NCBI RefSeq assembly: GCF_964204645.1
Contig: NC_134033.1
Coordinates: forward strand, 15,942,655 to 16,006,654
DNA length: 64,000 nucleotides
Source of the DNA: Tubulanus polymorphus
Taxonomy: Eukaryota; Animalia; Nemertea
Reading direction: 5' to 3'
The notes beneath the pieces were generated by a model. That model did not search any database and was not told the origin of the DNA. It saw nothing but the letters and a program-made list of their open reading frames with translations. This document shows, one piece after another, positions 35,801-49,073 of the stretch. How positions within the stretch are numbered: position 1 is the stretch's first letter; each line of letters begins with the position of its first letter. A program made the translations under genes and the position numbers.

Positions 35801-38649
35801 ACTATGAAATGACTGCTTTATCCGAGAAATGCTTTCTATTTTCTTCTGTGCTGCAACGTTAAAGGCGTACTTACTAATCTTGTATTGAGAACGGGGAATA
35901 ACATGGCGAGCGGCGCGCCGTTCAGCGCGTGCATATGACATCTGAATATAGCAGTAGTGACTCGATTACAAGGAGCGGTCAGTAAAAATATCTGAAACAC
36001 ACATAAAAAAATTTATATATAGGCCTATCAACATCAGTGACTCGATTACAAGGAGCGGTCAGTGAAAAATATATACAACATCAACAACATCAGAATTCGC
36101 TGACCGACCACAGGACCCTGTTCCAGTTGTGAATGAAGATTTGACTCAGAGTTAACTCACGTTGAAAATGAATCGATTTTAACTCAGAGTTAACTCACAA
36201 CTCACAACTGTGGAACTGGCCCCTGTTTAATAACAACATTTAACGGAAAATACGACCATGATTATTTGATTGCTGACAGACAGCGCTGACCGCGCTTTAT
36301 AGTACGGGTAATAAATAAATGATTAGACCAGTGAAGGACAGGACAATTGATTCTACAAAATTAATACTTTCATTTGTGATGTACAGTAAGAACGGGATTG
36401 AATCGAGGATCTACTAATTACAGGGTTCATCAGTGTCTATGACCAACGTCATTTAATGACTTTCAAGGACTTTTACTCTGATTCCAGGACTTAACCGTCA
36501 TGCTTAAGCCAGGAATCCTGGTCATCTTCCAGCCATTCTCTAAATCAGTAGATTTGAAGAGCTGACACAGTGAACTTGTTATCCTGGATCTGCAGATGAT
36601 GACTAATGAACCATGACACATTAAAGGATTCTAGAGCCAATTCCACGATATTCAAGACCTTGAGAATTGACCGATTCCCATTTCAAAACATTCAAGGACT
36701 GCTATAAACCCTGTAGTTACGTACTAGACAGTGTTTGGGGTGACTGCAGCTTTACGCGCATTGCTAATGGTTATGTACCTAACCTAAACATAAGCCCAGA
36801 ATAGCAATTTAGACCCAGTTTATTCTATCCCAATGGTAGTAGAGGCGAGATAGAGATAGGTTAGTGAACTATTCGTACAAATTTCCAATTCCTGTTTAAT
36901 GTCAAATGGTCTACAATGGACGATTTGATGATGTTCAAAACATTGAAGACAGCTGTTAAAACAACTTAAAAGTCAAAAGCTCTTCAGAATATTGATCCAA
37001 AATATTGACATATTTAGATCCAAAGTCCATATGCGATATCTAGTTCTCAGATCTTACACCTGATGATATCTTATCCCTAGCCAGCCGATCATAACCCTAA
37101 TCCTAGGTCAGCTAACCACCGGACACCCATGACATGTAGTAACCCTAGCCAGCCGATCATAACCCTAATCCTAGGTCAGCTAACCACCGGACACCCATGA
37201 CATGCATCCCTAGCTAGCCAATTATAACCCCAAACCCTAGGTCACCTGACCACCGGACACCCATGATATGCATCCCTAGCTGACCAATCATTACCCCAAA
37301 CCCTAGGTCACCTGACCACCTGCCACACGTAATGTAGCCTGCAGGTAAAGTCTAGCTGGCCAATCACAACTCTTTCCCAGGTCACATGATTACTACGGTA
37401 AATCCCTGTAAAATCAGCTGTCAACGCGAAGCGTTTAATTCAACAACTTTTGAGAATTATTGATTTAAAATAATCCACAGTTGAAATCAATCCTGCAATG
37501 ATTGTTTAATACATACAAATAGATTGTGGTTTTCAGACCTTCCACTGATAGGATTCAGGTTACAAAATAAACCAATCATATAAAATCAAACACTAAGAGA
37601 TTAAAAGACTGTTTTAGAATAACTGTTTTTATGCTGTATATATGACCCCGATTCAAAGTAAGTGCCAATTAAACAATACCATTGACAAAGTGTTTTCATA
37701 ATGTGTGTTATCACATGTGTAGTGAGACATTTAGGTATCCTAAAATTCAAAATAGAAGGATGATCTTAATTTTGAGACAATTTTCTGATTTTCCATACTT
37801 TTTCCACACAGTCATAGAGAAAAAACAAAACAAAATTGCCATAGCTTTTCCAGCGCCTGGGGCCAGTTTCGCGAAAAAGTTAAACTCAAATTTTTGGTGT
37901 AATTGCCATCATTGGTTAATTCAAGTTTTCAATGAGGACAACAATTTAAAGTAAACTGATGTTACAAGCTTTAACTTTTTCATGAAACTAAACCCTGCAA
38001 AAACATTCCCATTTTCCAAAACTTTCAAAAACCCTGGATCCAGTTACAAAGTTGTGAGTTAAAATTTTACTCGGAGTTAACTCAGTGAAAATGAACTAAT
38101 CTTAACTCTAACTCAGACCCGGTTCCACAGTTGTGAGTTAGAGTTAACTCTGAGTTAAAGTTAGTTCATTTTCAATGTTTTAACTAAGAGTTAACTCTTA
38201 CTCAGAACTGCGGAACTGGGTCCTGTAGGCTAAATATATTTGAAAATCATTACCTTAAGAGACACGAGTAAAATTCTTACCTGAATCATGCTGAGAATGT
38301 GACACGGATTCAAAACCCAGATCAACTGTTTCGAGGCGAATTTGAATCCGATCTCGACGCCGAACGCCAAACACATCAACATCAGTAAAACGCGTCGCGA
38401 CACAAAGTCACGTTTCGGGGGCTCGGTCGTTTTCGGCAACGTCATAAACCGCAACGCGAACCATATTTCCAACATCGACACGACGACGAACACGACCGTC
38501 TCGACGACGCGATGGGTCATCGACAGGTAATCGACGCAGCCGACCCCGCCGTTACCCGGGAGACTGTAGTCGACGCCCGTGTACGTCCATTCGGTTAGAT
38601 CCTTCCAGTTGTACGTCCAGAACGTCAATCGGCTCCAAAACGACCCCAT
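32877..38649 (-). CDS. TMEM164: Transmembrane protein 164; exons 38281-38649, 35875-35991, 35012-35090, 34145-34245, 32877-33242; upstream non-coding exon with donor near 39569
   Basis: Hallmark motifs [57 protein letters not shown] and [22 protein letters not shown]; GT-AG boundaries in phase. Confidence 0.95.
33328..33680. repeat. 71-bp tandem repeat, 5 copies, derived from a pogo/Tigger-like transposon end
   Basis: Units start TA|CAGCGGAACCTCGTTACAACGAAC at 33330, 33401, 33472, 33543 and 33614 (last copy diverged). Confidence 0.85.
37074..37385. repeat. ~65-68-bp tandem repeat, 4-5 diverged copies
   Basis: ccctagccagccgatcataaccctaatcctaggtcagctaaccaccggacacccatgacatg. Confidence 0.85.
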
Positions 38650-39569
38650 TACGACGGAGGGAACTACTCAAACGCGGTCTTTGCAGTCTCTGTGAAAAAC
38701 GAATAAAGAAATCTTAAAGAAAACTTGATGAAAATAAGACATTCGTTGTTAGATTAGCTATAGAACCTAGATGGGCTTAAATTGATCTTTTAAGTCTTGA
38801 AGCCATGACTATAGAACTAGACCCTGGGCCCGGTTGCACAGTTGTGACTTAAGTCCAAAAGTGGTCTTAAATCTTAAGACTGATCTTAAGTCGTTAGATT
38901 GGCTATAGAACCAAGTTCGTCTTAGACTGGTCTGAAGTCTAAGTCATGACTGTGCAACCGACCCCTGGGGCTGGTTCCATAGTCAGGTCTTAGACTTAAG
39001 ACCAGCTTAGTTCTATAGCCAATCTAAAAACTTAAGAGTAGGTCTATTTTGACATTCTGCGAGTCAAAGGCATATCTTAAATGGATCCAGAGAGTGTTGC
39101 AGCTGCGGGTCCACTGTTCTCCTCATCAGTTAGGCCAAGGTTTGACAAACTAGGCCTAAATGAACTTCTATGAACCTCTAAGTCGAACCTTATTCGAGAA
39201 CCTGTACGAAACTAGTTGTTACTCCAAGTCAAACTAAGAACCCGGGTTGTTGGAGGTCCGAGGTCTCCTCACACAACTGAACACTTCTTCGGTTCTTCTG
39301 ACTAATTATCAAAAGTGAAGAAAAATTGGGCCAAAAATTGGGCCATTGTTACCAGGCAGTATAATATTTTCCAGCAAAAGTTCCCCAGCAAAATATGCAA
39401 TTTGTGGAAATCAACTAATTAACTTTAAGCGATTTATGTTAAAACAAGTGTACATTAGGCCCAGTCGGTCGTTTAGGAAAAAAAAGTCAAAATCAAAAAT
39501 CATGTCACTTTAAAACGCCGACAACTTTCAGGCGAACTATAGCAGCAATTAAATAGTAATTTCACATAC

Positions 39570-39898
39570 CTGTGACCTGTTAGTCTCAAACAGAAGAATA
39601 CATTAAAATCCAACCGCTCGAACACGGCGAAAAACTGCGCTGATAATTAATCAACAACGAATTGATTCACACCAGAAAAAAAGAACAAACCCGGGAAGAT
39701 TGTGTCATCGAAGACTAAAACGCGTAACGCGGCCGCGGACTCGATTTTCGAGTCCAGGACCCCGGAAACGATCAGCTTCGGCTGCGAAATAACCTCTACT
39801 ATCGCTTCCGGGTTCTGACAACAAAAAAAGTTTCACACCCAAAATTTTCGTTCAATTTTATTTTTCGTTGCACCGGAATCCGAAGAAAACTTCGAAAG
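39570..39898. promoter_or_regulatory. Bidirectional promoter and first non-coding exons of TMEM164 (-) and the USP gene (+)
   Basis: Outward-facing donors: minus-strand CAG|GTATGT near 39569 and plus-strand AAG|GTGCGT at 39899. CpG-rich core with CCGGAA/TTCCGG ETS-like motifs. Confidence 0.6.
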
Positions 39899-40445
39899 GT
39901 GCGTTAATGGATCGAACAGACATTACATCAATGATTGGGGTCTCAAATCTAGATTAGAAAACGATCTCGTTGTTAGTTTTACTACTCTACCTCTGCTGCT
40001 GAGTCTCTGGTCCATTTTCTTTGATTGTTGAGGAGAGAAATGAAATGAAAGTCAAATTTCTTTTAGGTCTCGTTTTCTAAAGATCAAGTAAAAAGGATGA
40101 TTTATGGGAACACGTTAAACCCTTTCAGTGCTGAATAATTTATACCCAAAAGTGTTGGAGATGATTTGAAAATGTTAAGAAATTCCACCCCCTACCTACT
40201 GCAGGATGGTGGTGTGTTACTATTGGGCATACTGCTATCTAACACACATCTACAATGCAGTGCGGTGTATTGTTAGTTACTAATATTTAACTTTGTTTTG
40301 TCATGCGATGCCATCTTTTAATTGATCAGGCTGCAGAAGTAGCTTTTTCGATCTCCCCAGACCAGTCCAACAATTTAGAATTTTATGAGACAAAATTTTG
40401 AAGATTTATGGAAATCATCATTATTCATGATATTTCAGCGGATTA

Positions 40446-43400
40446 ATGGCAAGCGAGGAACCTCTCGACACCGATGCGGTGTCGCCCTCTATTGACGGCG
40501 AACAGGATCAATCGGGATTGGTATATTACGGTCCCGCGTTGCCCGATGGTACTCTACACCCGACCAGCCCGATACACTCCTCGGACTCGTCGCAACCGGT
40601 TACCAGTTCATCTAATAAACATATTAAAGGTATTTATTTTCTCTTAAAACCCTTTAGCTGTGCGTGACGTTATGAAGACGTCAGGCACCTATTGATTAGC
40701 AAACAGTAAAGAAAGAAAGGCATGTGAGACAATTTTTGTATGAATTAAAATCGAAAATGCAATACGCACTGGCTGTGCGAGTGTTCACGCAGTCAAAGAG
40801 TTTAAAACGCTGTGTTCTTCTGTGAACGACTGACTCTCTCTCACTCTGTCAAATGACAGGGTGGCCACTCATATGGAATTCAGGGAAACCAGAGAATTTG
40901 ATTTTCACCTAAAAAGTCATGGAATAGTCGGGGAATTTTATGAAAAAGGTCAAAATCATGGAAAAGTCTGGGAAAACTGTTTTTATGCATGTCAAAAATG
41001 CATGTCTTTTTTTGTCTGAAAATTCGAAATGAAACAAACCATAGTAGACAACTTTGGTCATGGAATTTTTTGGTAAATGTTCAGGGAAAAGTCGGGGAAA
41101 AAATAAAATCAGATAAAAGTGGCTCATGATCGACTCCTCGTTTGACTTGTAGATGCAGCTGCTGTGCCCGGTGTTTGCGGGTTGAATAATCTCGGTAATA
41201 CTTGTTTCATGAACGCCGGATTACAGTGTTTACTCAGCAATTCGACCTTAGTGAACTATTTCCTCGAACGTTACGACGACGACGACTCGGCGGATGACTC
41301 GATGACCTTAACCTCGAGATTCTCGTCGCTGGTGAATAAAATGTGGAGCGGTCAGTTCTCGTGTATTCATCCGCTCTTCTTCAAGGAGATGCTAGCGATT
41401 TATCATCCGCAATTCCGTAATTATCGACAGGTAAGTGATTCCACGGTTTAGGGGTTGGCTCCATCCACAGTCCATGGGTTGGTACCACAGTCAACATGGC
41501 GCTATTTCCACAGTCTAGGGGCTGGCTCCATAATCTATGGGTTGGTTCCGCAGTCTAGGGGCTATAGTTCCACAGTCTAGGGGTTGGTTCCATAGTCAAG
41601 GGGCTAGTTCCGCAGTCTAGGGGCTATAGTTCCACAATCTAGGGGTCGGTTCCATAGTCAAGGGGCTAGTTCCGCAGTCTAGGGGCTATAGTTCCACAAT
41701 CTAGGGGTTGGTTCCATAGTCAAGGGGCTAGTTCCGCAGTCTAGGGGCTGGCTCCATAGTCAAGGGGCTAGTTCAACAGTCTAGGGGCAGGCTCCATAGT
41801 CAAGGGGCTAGTTCAACAGTCTAGGGGCAGGCTCCATAGTCAAGGGGCTAGTTCTGCAGTCTAGGGGCAGGCTCCACCGTCCATGAGTTGGTTCCAGAGT
41901 CTAGAGGCTAGATTCACAGTCAACATGGGACTAGTTCCACAGTCTAGGGGTTGGTTGCACAGTCATGCCTCAATTCCAAAAACGTCTGAGATCTTAAGTC
42001 TTAAGATCTAAAAGATTAGTTATTAGTTTCGTCATAGAACTAAGATTTAAAAAATCTAAGCCTTATCTAGATAGGTATTAGGACCAATCAATCAGAGATT
42101 TTCTGGATGTTAGTTTGCTGGCGGTGATCTAATCTCTCGAGGCTGTTGTTGTATTTACCGATGAATCCGGTATGTTCTAATTTAATAAACGTTTGTTTTT
42201 GCAGCACGACTGTCAGGAATTCCTCGCGCTCGTGCTCGACAGTCTACACGAGGAACTCAACGACAAGAATCACCGCCGCCACGGGGTCGTCGTCGCCGTC
42301 GACAACGTGTCGCGTCGTAACCGAACGGATTACCGCCAGACGACTGACGTCGATAGTTCCGTTACTAGTCACTCAGTGTCGCCGGCGACGCTACCGCCGT
42401 CGGAGGAGGATAGCAACCACTCGACGACGAATCACCGATTCGAATCGTTATTACCGGCCGATGATGCGACGACCGTGCAGTTCGAAAATATTTCGTCGAG
42501 TTTTATTCCGACTTCGGATAAAGTTTCGTCTTCGAGCGCGACGGCCGCCGCCGGGAGACGAACGAACGACGATTCAAAGATCTCTTCATCGTGGTCTCAC
42601 GAGAATCTAGTCAGCTCGGCGACGGCTAGTCGTTTAGAGCCCGATTCGTCGGTCATTACCGCGGCGACCGCCGGTTTATTCGGCAACAATACCGCGGCCG
42701 ATTCGTCTTCGTCGTTGTCGCGGCGACCGCTCAGCCTTCAATCGATCGAAGAGTTCTACATGAAGGAGACTAAAACGAAGAATATCAACATGGCCGCCGG
42801 CTTCGACGGTCTGCTGAACGAGGAAATGAAAACTGACAGCGAGAAGTTCGCGGTGGTCGGACACGAGTCGTCGACCGGCGGTGGCGGCGTCGCCGACGAC
42901 GACGTCAACCTGAACTCGGTCGAATTCGAGACATCGGTCGCGAAATGCGGCTACAAAAAACCGATCGGTTTGAAAGACACGAATTTACTGAACGCGAACG
43001 TGAACTATCGTAAATCGAAGATGATCGACAGTTGCTCCGCGTCGTCGTCGACCTTCGACGCCGGTTCGTCGATAGGTGGCGCTACCGCCGCCGACGGTAA
43101 TATTAACAACGTCAAACGAATGCGCGTCGACGACGAACAGAAAAATGTCAACGTTAAATCAGTTTTACAGGTGAACGTCGACGCTCGACCGGCCGCGGTC
43201 CAGGCAACTGCGGCCAATAACCTCGTCGCGGTCGACACGCCCATCAGTCCGAACCGATTCCTCGTTAATCAACTATCGCCACGGTCGCGGGTCGACGACG
43301 TCGTTCTCAGAGCGGACGGCATTTTCGGCGCGGACGGGGGCATTCCTAAGGCGGACGACGACATTTCTTTTAGAGCGGACGCCGACATTTTCAGAACGGA

Positions 43401-46400
43401 CGACGACATCGTCAGAGCTAATGATAAATGGGAGAAATACGTGGCAAAAAATCATACGATTATCGTCAATACATTCCAGGGACAATTCAAAAGTACGGTA
43501 AGTATTTCAAAATTCCATCGGATTCTATCGAAGTTTGACTCTCAAGTTCGGATTAGTTCAATGTTTCAACTTAAAAGCTCAAATTTTTTACTCGCTGAGA
43601 ACAGTTGGTAAAACTGAATATCAGGATAAATCGAAATCGGAAATTGTAAAATCATAAAATTCAATATCTGATCAGAAATTGTTTTTTCGAATTGATGACG
43701 ACCAAAAAACTCAGAGAATTCTGATTAATGCTATTGACCACGTGTTTCTTTATCAATACGTGATTCATAGAAAATGAATGAATTGTAAGATTTAGACCTA
43801 GAAGTTTCTTTGATACGTTCAGGGAATTCTGTGTAATCTCCTCACGGAAAACTCAGGGTTGGAATGTAGATGACTGATATATTGCGTTGTTGTTATTTGT
43901 AGGTTGTCTGCTCAGTTTGTCAGCACATATCAGTCACATACGAGCCGTTCATGTATCTATCTGTACCTCTACCTCGTGCCATGGAAAAACAAATTCGTAA
44001 GTTCATCACTGATCGCAAGCATTGTTTGTTAGTGTATACAGGACCTGGTTTTATCTTTAACCCGAGGAGCTAACTCAATTCATAATGAATTCAGTTAGCC
44101 TCCGCGTTTAAAATTAGTAAGTCTATATAAAACTGGGCCCAGGGTTCAGGGAAATCAGAGGATTTATGAAGTCAGTAAATTCTGACTCTTCTTGAAGATC
44201 AGAGCATTCCGCGGAGGTTAGATTTTGATGTCTTGTTGTTCTTGCTGGGGACGAGTGACACAAGGAACCTCTTGATAAGAAACAGCTTTCAAAGAGGAGA
44301 TCTTGTGATTTAATAAGGGAATTTGAATTTTTGGTGTCTTATTGTTCTTGCTGGTGATGAGTGACACAAGGAACCTCTTAATAAGAAACAGCTTTCAAAG
44401 AGGAGATCTTGTGATTTAATCAGGGATCTTTTGGTTAAGAGTCAGGACCCAGTTCCACAGTTGTGAGTTAGAGTTAACTCTGAGTAAAAGTTAGTTCATT
44501 TTCAATGAGTTAACTCAGGGTCAAATCTTAACTCCGAATTTTGGAACTGGACCCAGGGGAATATCGGGGAATTTTAGATTTGGTAGCATTAGAAAGCTGT
44601 TTAGATTCCAGTGTGAATTGTTTGTTGTTTTTCAGCTGTGATGTATATTCCATACGGTGCCCGGCAACGACAAAGTCTCAAACCAACTCTTTACTTAGTT
44701 ACAATCAATAAAACTGACCTGGTTTCAAAGATCAAAACTCAACTGCTCAAACTGCTCAACAGCAGCGGCAGCGGCAGCGGCTACAGCTGTGGTGAGGAGA
44801 ACATCATCCTAGCTGAGGTATTCGACAATCATATCTCCAGAATATTGGTAAGCGTAATATTATTGATGTCAGGTTTTATGGGTCTTAGACAGGGCTTGAC
44901 CTGGAAATCTGGTTGAATCAGAAAAATCAGGGAATTTTGATAAACTTTGCAAAAAACCTGGAAAACTCAGGGAATTTGGATAATGCTATTGACAACGTGT
45001 TTCTTTATCAGTTAGTGATGATTTAATGAAAAATGAATGAATTGTAACATTTTAAACCTGAAAATTTCTCTGATTCACTCACTCAGGAGATTTGTTAATG
45101 GCCGGAAAGTGGCCACGCTGCTAGAACCAGTTACAATAACCTTGATATGTACATCAATTGCTGGATTTTAAAACTGGAATTTTCTGATCCAGGGTTTGGG
45201 GGTGTTGATTGTGTGTTTATCAAGGAAAGATCGGGAGTGGTTTATGGGGGGTTGATGTTGTTGATATATTTTCTGTTTATTTCTACGCTGATTTTCAGGA
45301 GGTAAACATGATGGTTCGATACCTAAAACAAAATCGCTCAATTTACGCCTTGGAAATCAGTTCGCCGGTCACCATGACAACGAATCTAACGATACCGTTA
45401 CCGGCGGCGACGTCGGTAGCAGACGGCGAAGACGACGACGCTTCGTCGATTACGGCTAATCCTCCTCGTTCTCCAATAGAGTGGGAGCCGTACGATGACG
45501 ACGAGGAGGTGGGAACTCTGCTGATCGATTCGACGACCGACGACGCGTGTCGAGTAACCACGACAACGGCGGCAGCGACGCGCGTTGCCGCGGACGACGC
45601 ATTAGACGACGACTCGGCGATCAGCAGTTCGACCGACGACGGACGCTCGTACGACGTCTGTTCGTCGACCATCGAACCCAATCCGGACATCCCCTCGCAA
45701 TCCTCCAACGATGAAGTCTCGATTTCGAAACCGTTGTTGATAGCGATCGACGAGGAGCGAGCAGACGGCGACCACGCGGTTGTCGCTATGGATACGACGT
45801 GCGCTCCGTCTCCGGTGCAGTCTCAGTGGAGTTCGTGCGCGATCTGTCTGGAAGAGATGGTCGATTCTGAATTGATGATCCACGTCGAATGCGGAGGGAT
45901 GTTGTGTCACTCTTGTTTACAGGTAAGATATCGAAATCTTTAGAAAAAAATGTATCTTTCTATAGGAAATCTTATACCATCGTTTAATGTCTTTTACAAT
46001 TTGTTTTTATGTTCTTGTATTTCAACATTTTTTAAACAATTATACTATTGTAACCTCTTTATGCAAAGCGCTATGATTATTTTATAGAATAGCCTAATGA
46101 TAATGATCATAATGCTCTTCTAATAATGGTTTGAATAATTCTACTCTTGAGTTCAGGGCTCTTATGATAATGAATTATGAATTTTGTTTATAGATGTCAG
46201 TGAAACATTACGGTGATTCCGCGTATGTTTGCCCCGTCTGCTCAATGAATGTAAATCCTGCTGAAGATTTCGTTCAATTCTCATCGAACAAAGCGGCGCT
46301 AAAAACCAGGTACGACTATGATGTCATAGGGGGATTTATGGAGGCGGCTTTCTTTCCATCTGGGTCTAAAGATCAAGTAACTATTTGACAATTTGATGAT

Positions 46401-49073
46401 GTCATAGGGGGAATTATGAAGGAAGCCATATTTTTGGGAGGGGTCTAAACTAATAACTATTAGACAATTTGATGATTTCATAGGGGATTTACGGAGACAG
46501 TCATGTGTAATCTAAATGTTGTACATATGTCCAATTTATAGAGTATTAAAAATAGCTGTGATGATGCGTAGTGATACGCCGTCTGCCGGTGAAATGGCGT
46601 TATTCGGTCACCCGTTCATTCTGAATCTTCCTCATGTCTCCATGACGACCGATGTTTACAAAGCCGTACGAGACGCTTTACCGTTTCAACCCGACGACGA
46701 TTTCGACTTACTCTTAACAGACGGACGGGTGAGTAAACAATCATTCCTCGACTTGCCGAACTCTGGTACCCCTCGCAGAACAAGCTCCACTCTCAGAGCA
46801 ATCGTCGTGTAACAGGGTGGCGCCACTGACCTGCATAACCTGGACAACTCAGAGAATCAAAAATGTCTAGAAACAAATCAAGAAAAACTGTAGGGAATTT
46901 GACAAATTTTACCAAAAACCTGGAAAACTGTGGGAATTCAGATAATTTAGTCATCAAAAACCCACAATAAAAAAGAAAAACTATTATCTGATAGTTTGAA
47001 GTTTCTCTGATTCAGAAAACTTTCCCCAGGCGATTTGTAAATGGGCGCAAAGTGGCGCCACCCTGCGTAATAGATGTAAATCGATTGATATTTGTAGGGA
47101 TTGCGGTGCTCGCGATGTCTATACACGGATCATTGTCTTGGCTGTGAAATATCTCCGTACTCCGCGGAAATCATCTTTCAACCCAGTGATAATTTATGCG
47201 TGCGAGTCACGCATTTAACGGACGATCAACTAATGATCGCCGATGGTTGCGACGAGCACGAGTCAATGTCGGAATTACGCCCGGACACGCCCCTTACGCT
47301 ACAGGACTGCCTTTCCGCATTTACCGAAAGGTTGGTTTTTTAGAAATTTGTGAAGGGAAAGCGGCGAAGGGAAAATGATTAATCAAATTGTTCTGAATTT
47401 ATTTTTGCAGTGAAGTTTTGGATGAACAGAACCCGTGGTATTGTTCTGTTTGTCAGAAGTTCCAATGCGCAAAAAAAACGATGACAGTTTGGAGATATCC
47501 AGATTCGCTAGTCATTTACCTTAAAAGGTACCGGTCTCAAACTGAGCTCAAACTTCCCTAAGAACTGGCCTCAAACATCCCTTAAAAGACCGCCCTAAAA
47601 ACTGCCCTCAATCTTACCATAAACTTTCTTCAAACTTCCCTTAATAATTCCACTCACAGCCGTGTTGGAAGCATCTTTTGATTGCCACGGCCAATTGCCT
47701 ATTTTGCCACAGGTTGTAATATTGCTGCGGCGAATTTACTTCAATTTCATCACAAACATAGAACAGAAAGAGAAAAAAATGTCATTCAGTAAATTATTGG
47801 CACGGCTTTCGCCGCTGCAGTGGCTGCACTTCCAACGCCACTGACTCAAAGCTACCTATAACTTCCCTCAAACCTTCCTTAAACTGATCTTAATCTGCGT
47901 GTCTGTGTTCGGTTCAATAGAATATTTTACTATTTTCATCTTGTTTTTCAGGTTCGTTTTCCATGATTTCTCAAGCACTAAAATCGACGCGAAGGTCGTG
48001 TTCCCGATGGAGAATTTGAATCTGGATAAATTTGTTTGTTCGTCGGCTCCGGCTGAGAATCTAGTCTATAATCTACGCGCGTGTGTCTGTCATTTCGGAG
48101 GTATGTACTCATCGATCAGTGTCGGTGTCTGGTAGATCAGTGTCAGTCTACTGTAGATCATCACGTGCAGTCTACTGTAGATCTTAGTGTCAGTCTACTG
48201 TAGATCTTAGTGTCAGTCTACTGTAGATCATCACATGCAGTCTACTGTAGTTCTTAGTGTCAGTCTACTGTAGATCATCACATGCAGTCTACTGTAGATC
48301 TTAGTGTCAGTCTACTGTAGATCATCACATGCAGTATACTGTAGATCTTAGTGTCAGTCTACTGTAGATCATCACATGCAGTCTACTGTAGATCTTAGTG
48401 TCAGTCTACTGTAGATCTTAGTGTCAGTCTACTGTAGATCTTAGTGTGTCAGTCTACTGTAGATCTTAGTGTCAGTCTACTGTAGATCTCAGTGTCAGTC
48501 TACTGTAGATCATCACATGCAGTCTACTGTAGATCATCACATGCAGTCTACTGTAGATCTCAGTGTCAGTCTACTGAATTTTCTGATATAATTTGAATAT
48601 ATTTTTAGGAGTAAGCTGTGGTCACTACACGTCGTACAGTAAACACCCGACATTGAATGAATGGTTTTATTTGAACGACGAATCCATTACGCAGCAGCGC
48701 CCCCTGGAGGATGATTATTCGAATGCGTATATACTATTCTACCAACGAGCCGGTATGTGTGCGTTTTTTTGAGTTGAGTTTTAGAAATATTTATCGCGAA
48801 AGCGGGTCCTTCACTGTCAAGATCTTTATGTTATTTGCAGATACCGAGAGCGAACTCGTCATGCCGACGAAATCCATATTCGAGGATTTGGAAATTCGCG
48901 AGGGTTCTCCGATCGGGGTGAACGCCTCCTCGACCGCGGAGCCACCCTCATCCTGCTCCTCCTCGATGGCAGTCGTCCCCTATCAACCGATCACCGAGGA
49001 AGCTATTAATAATCTGTTGCTAGGGTTACAGAGGAACGATGTCGAAGACGCGGAAATGGACGAAGATAAATGA
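40446..49073 (+). CDS. Ubiquitin-specific protease (peptidase C19, USP4/11/15/32-like split catalytic domain) with an inserted RING-like finger. Exons: 40446-40629, 41153-41430, 42205-43497, 43903-43996, 44636-44848, 45299-45922, 46194-46309, 46542-46728, 47098-47330, 47411-47527, 47952-48100, 48609-48752, 48841-49073
   Basis: Cys box GLNNLGNTCFMNAGLQCL; QHDCQEFL; FQGQFKSTVVCSVC..S.TYEPFMYLSVPLP; LQDCL..FT..EVLDEQNPWYC; LVIYLKRF; His box HFGGVSCGHYTSY; WFYLNDE; AYILFYQR. Exact orthology is not resolved. Confidence 0.92.
41438..41960. repeat. ~20-bp minisatellite downstream of USP exon 2
   Basis: gttccacagtctaggggcta-like units. Confidence 0.9.
44229..44420. repeat. Tandem duplication of an ~84-bp segment
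   Basis: tgtcttRttgttcttgctgg..gagtgacacaaggaacctctt..gaggagatcttgtgatttaat occurs twice. Confidence 0.85.
44446..44553. mobile_element. Palindromic MITE family A (ccagttccacagttgtgagtt...aactcacaactgtggaactgg); copies near 690-768, 10568-10980, 36113-36222, 38034-38224, 53730-53976 and 61042-61193
   Basis: Recurrent ~110-bp inverted-repeat unit, usually bounded by CAG/CTG. Confidence 0.8.
46316..46505. repeat. Dispersed tandem family (atttgatgatgtcataggggatttatggaggcag); also at 8400-8560
   Basis: The same ~70-bp unit is repeated in a MAP4K4 intron and a USP intron. Confidence 0.75.
48132..48576. repeat. 23/25-bp two-variant minisatellite
   Basis: gtagatcttagtgtcagtctact and gtagatcatcacatgcagtctact units. 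Confidence 0.95.

Noticed and set aside
25880-46000. Antisense or alternate-frame ORFs over mTERF, TMEM164 and USP exons
   Set aside because: Expected shadows of GC/CpG-rich coding exons, with no independent motifs or splice support.
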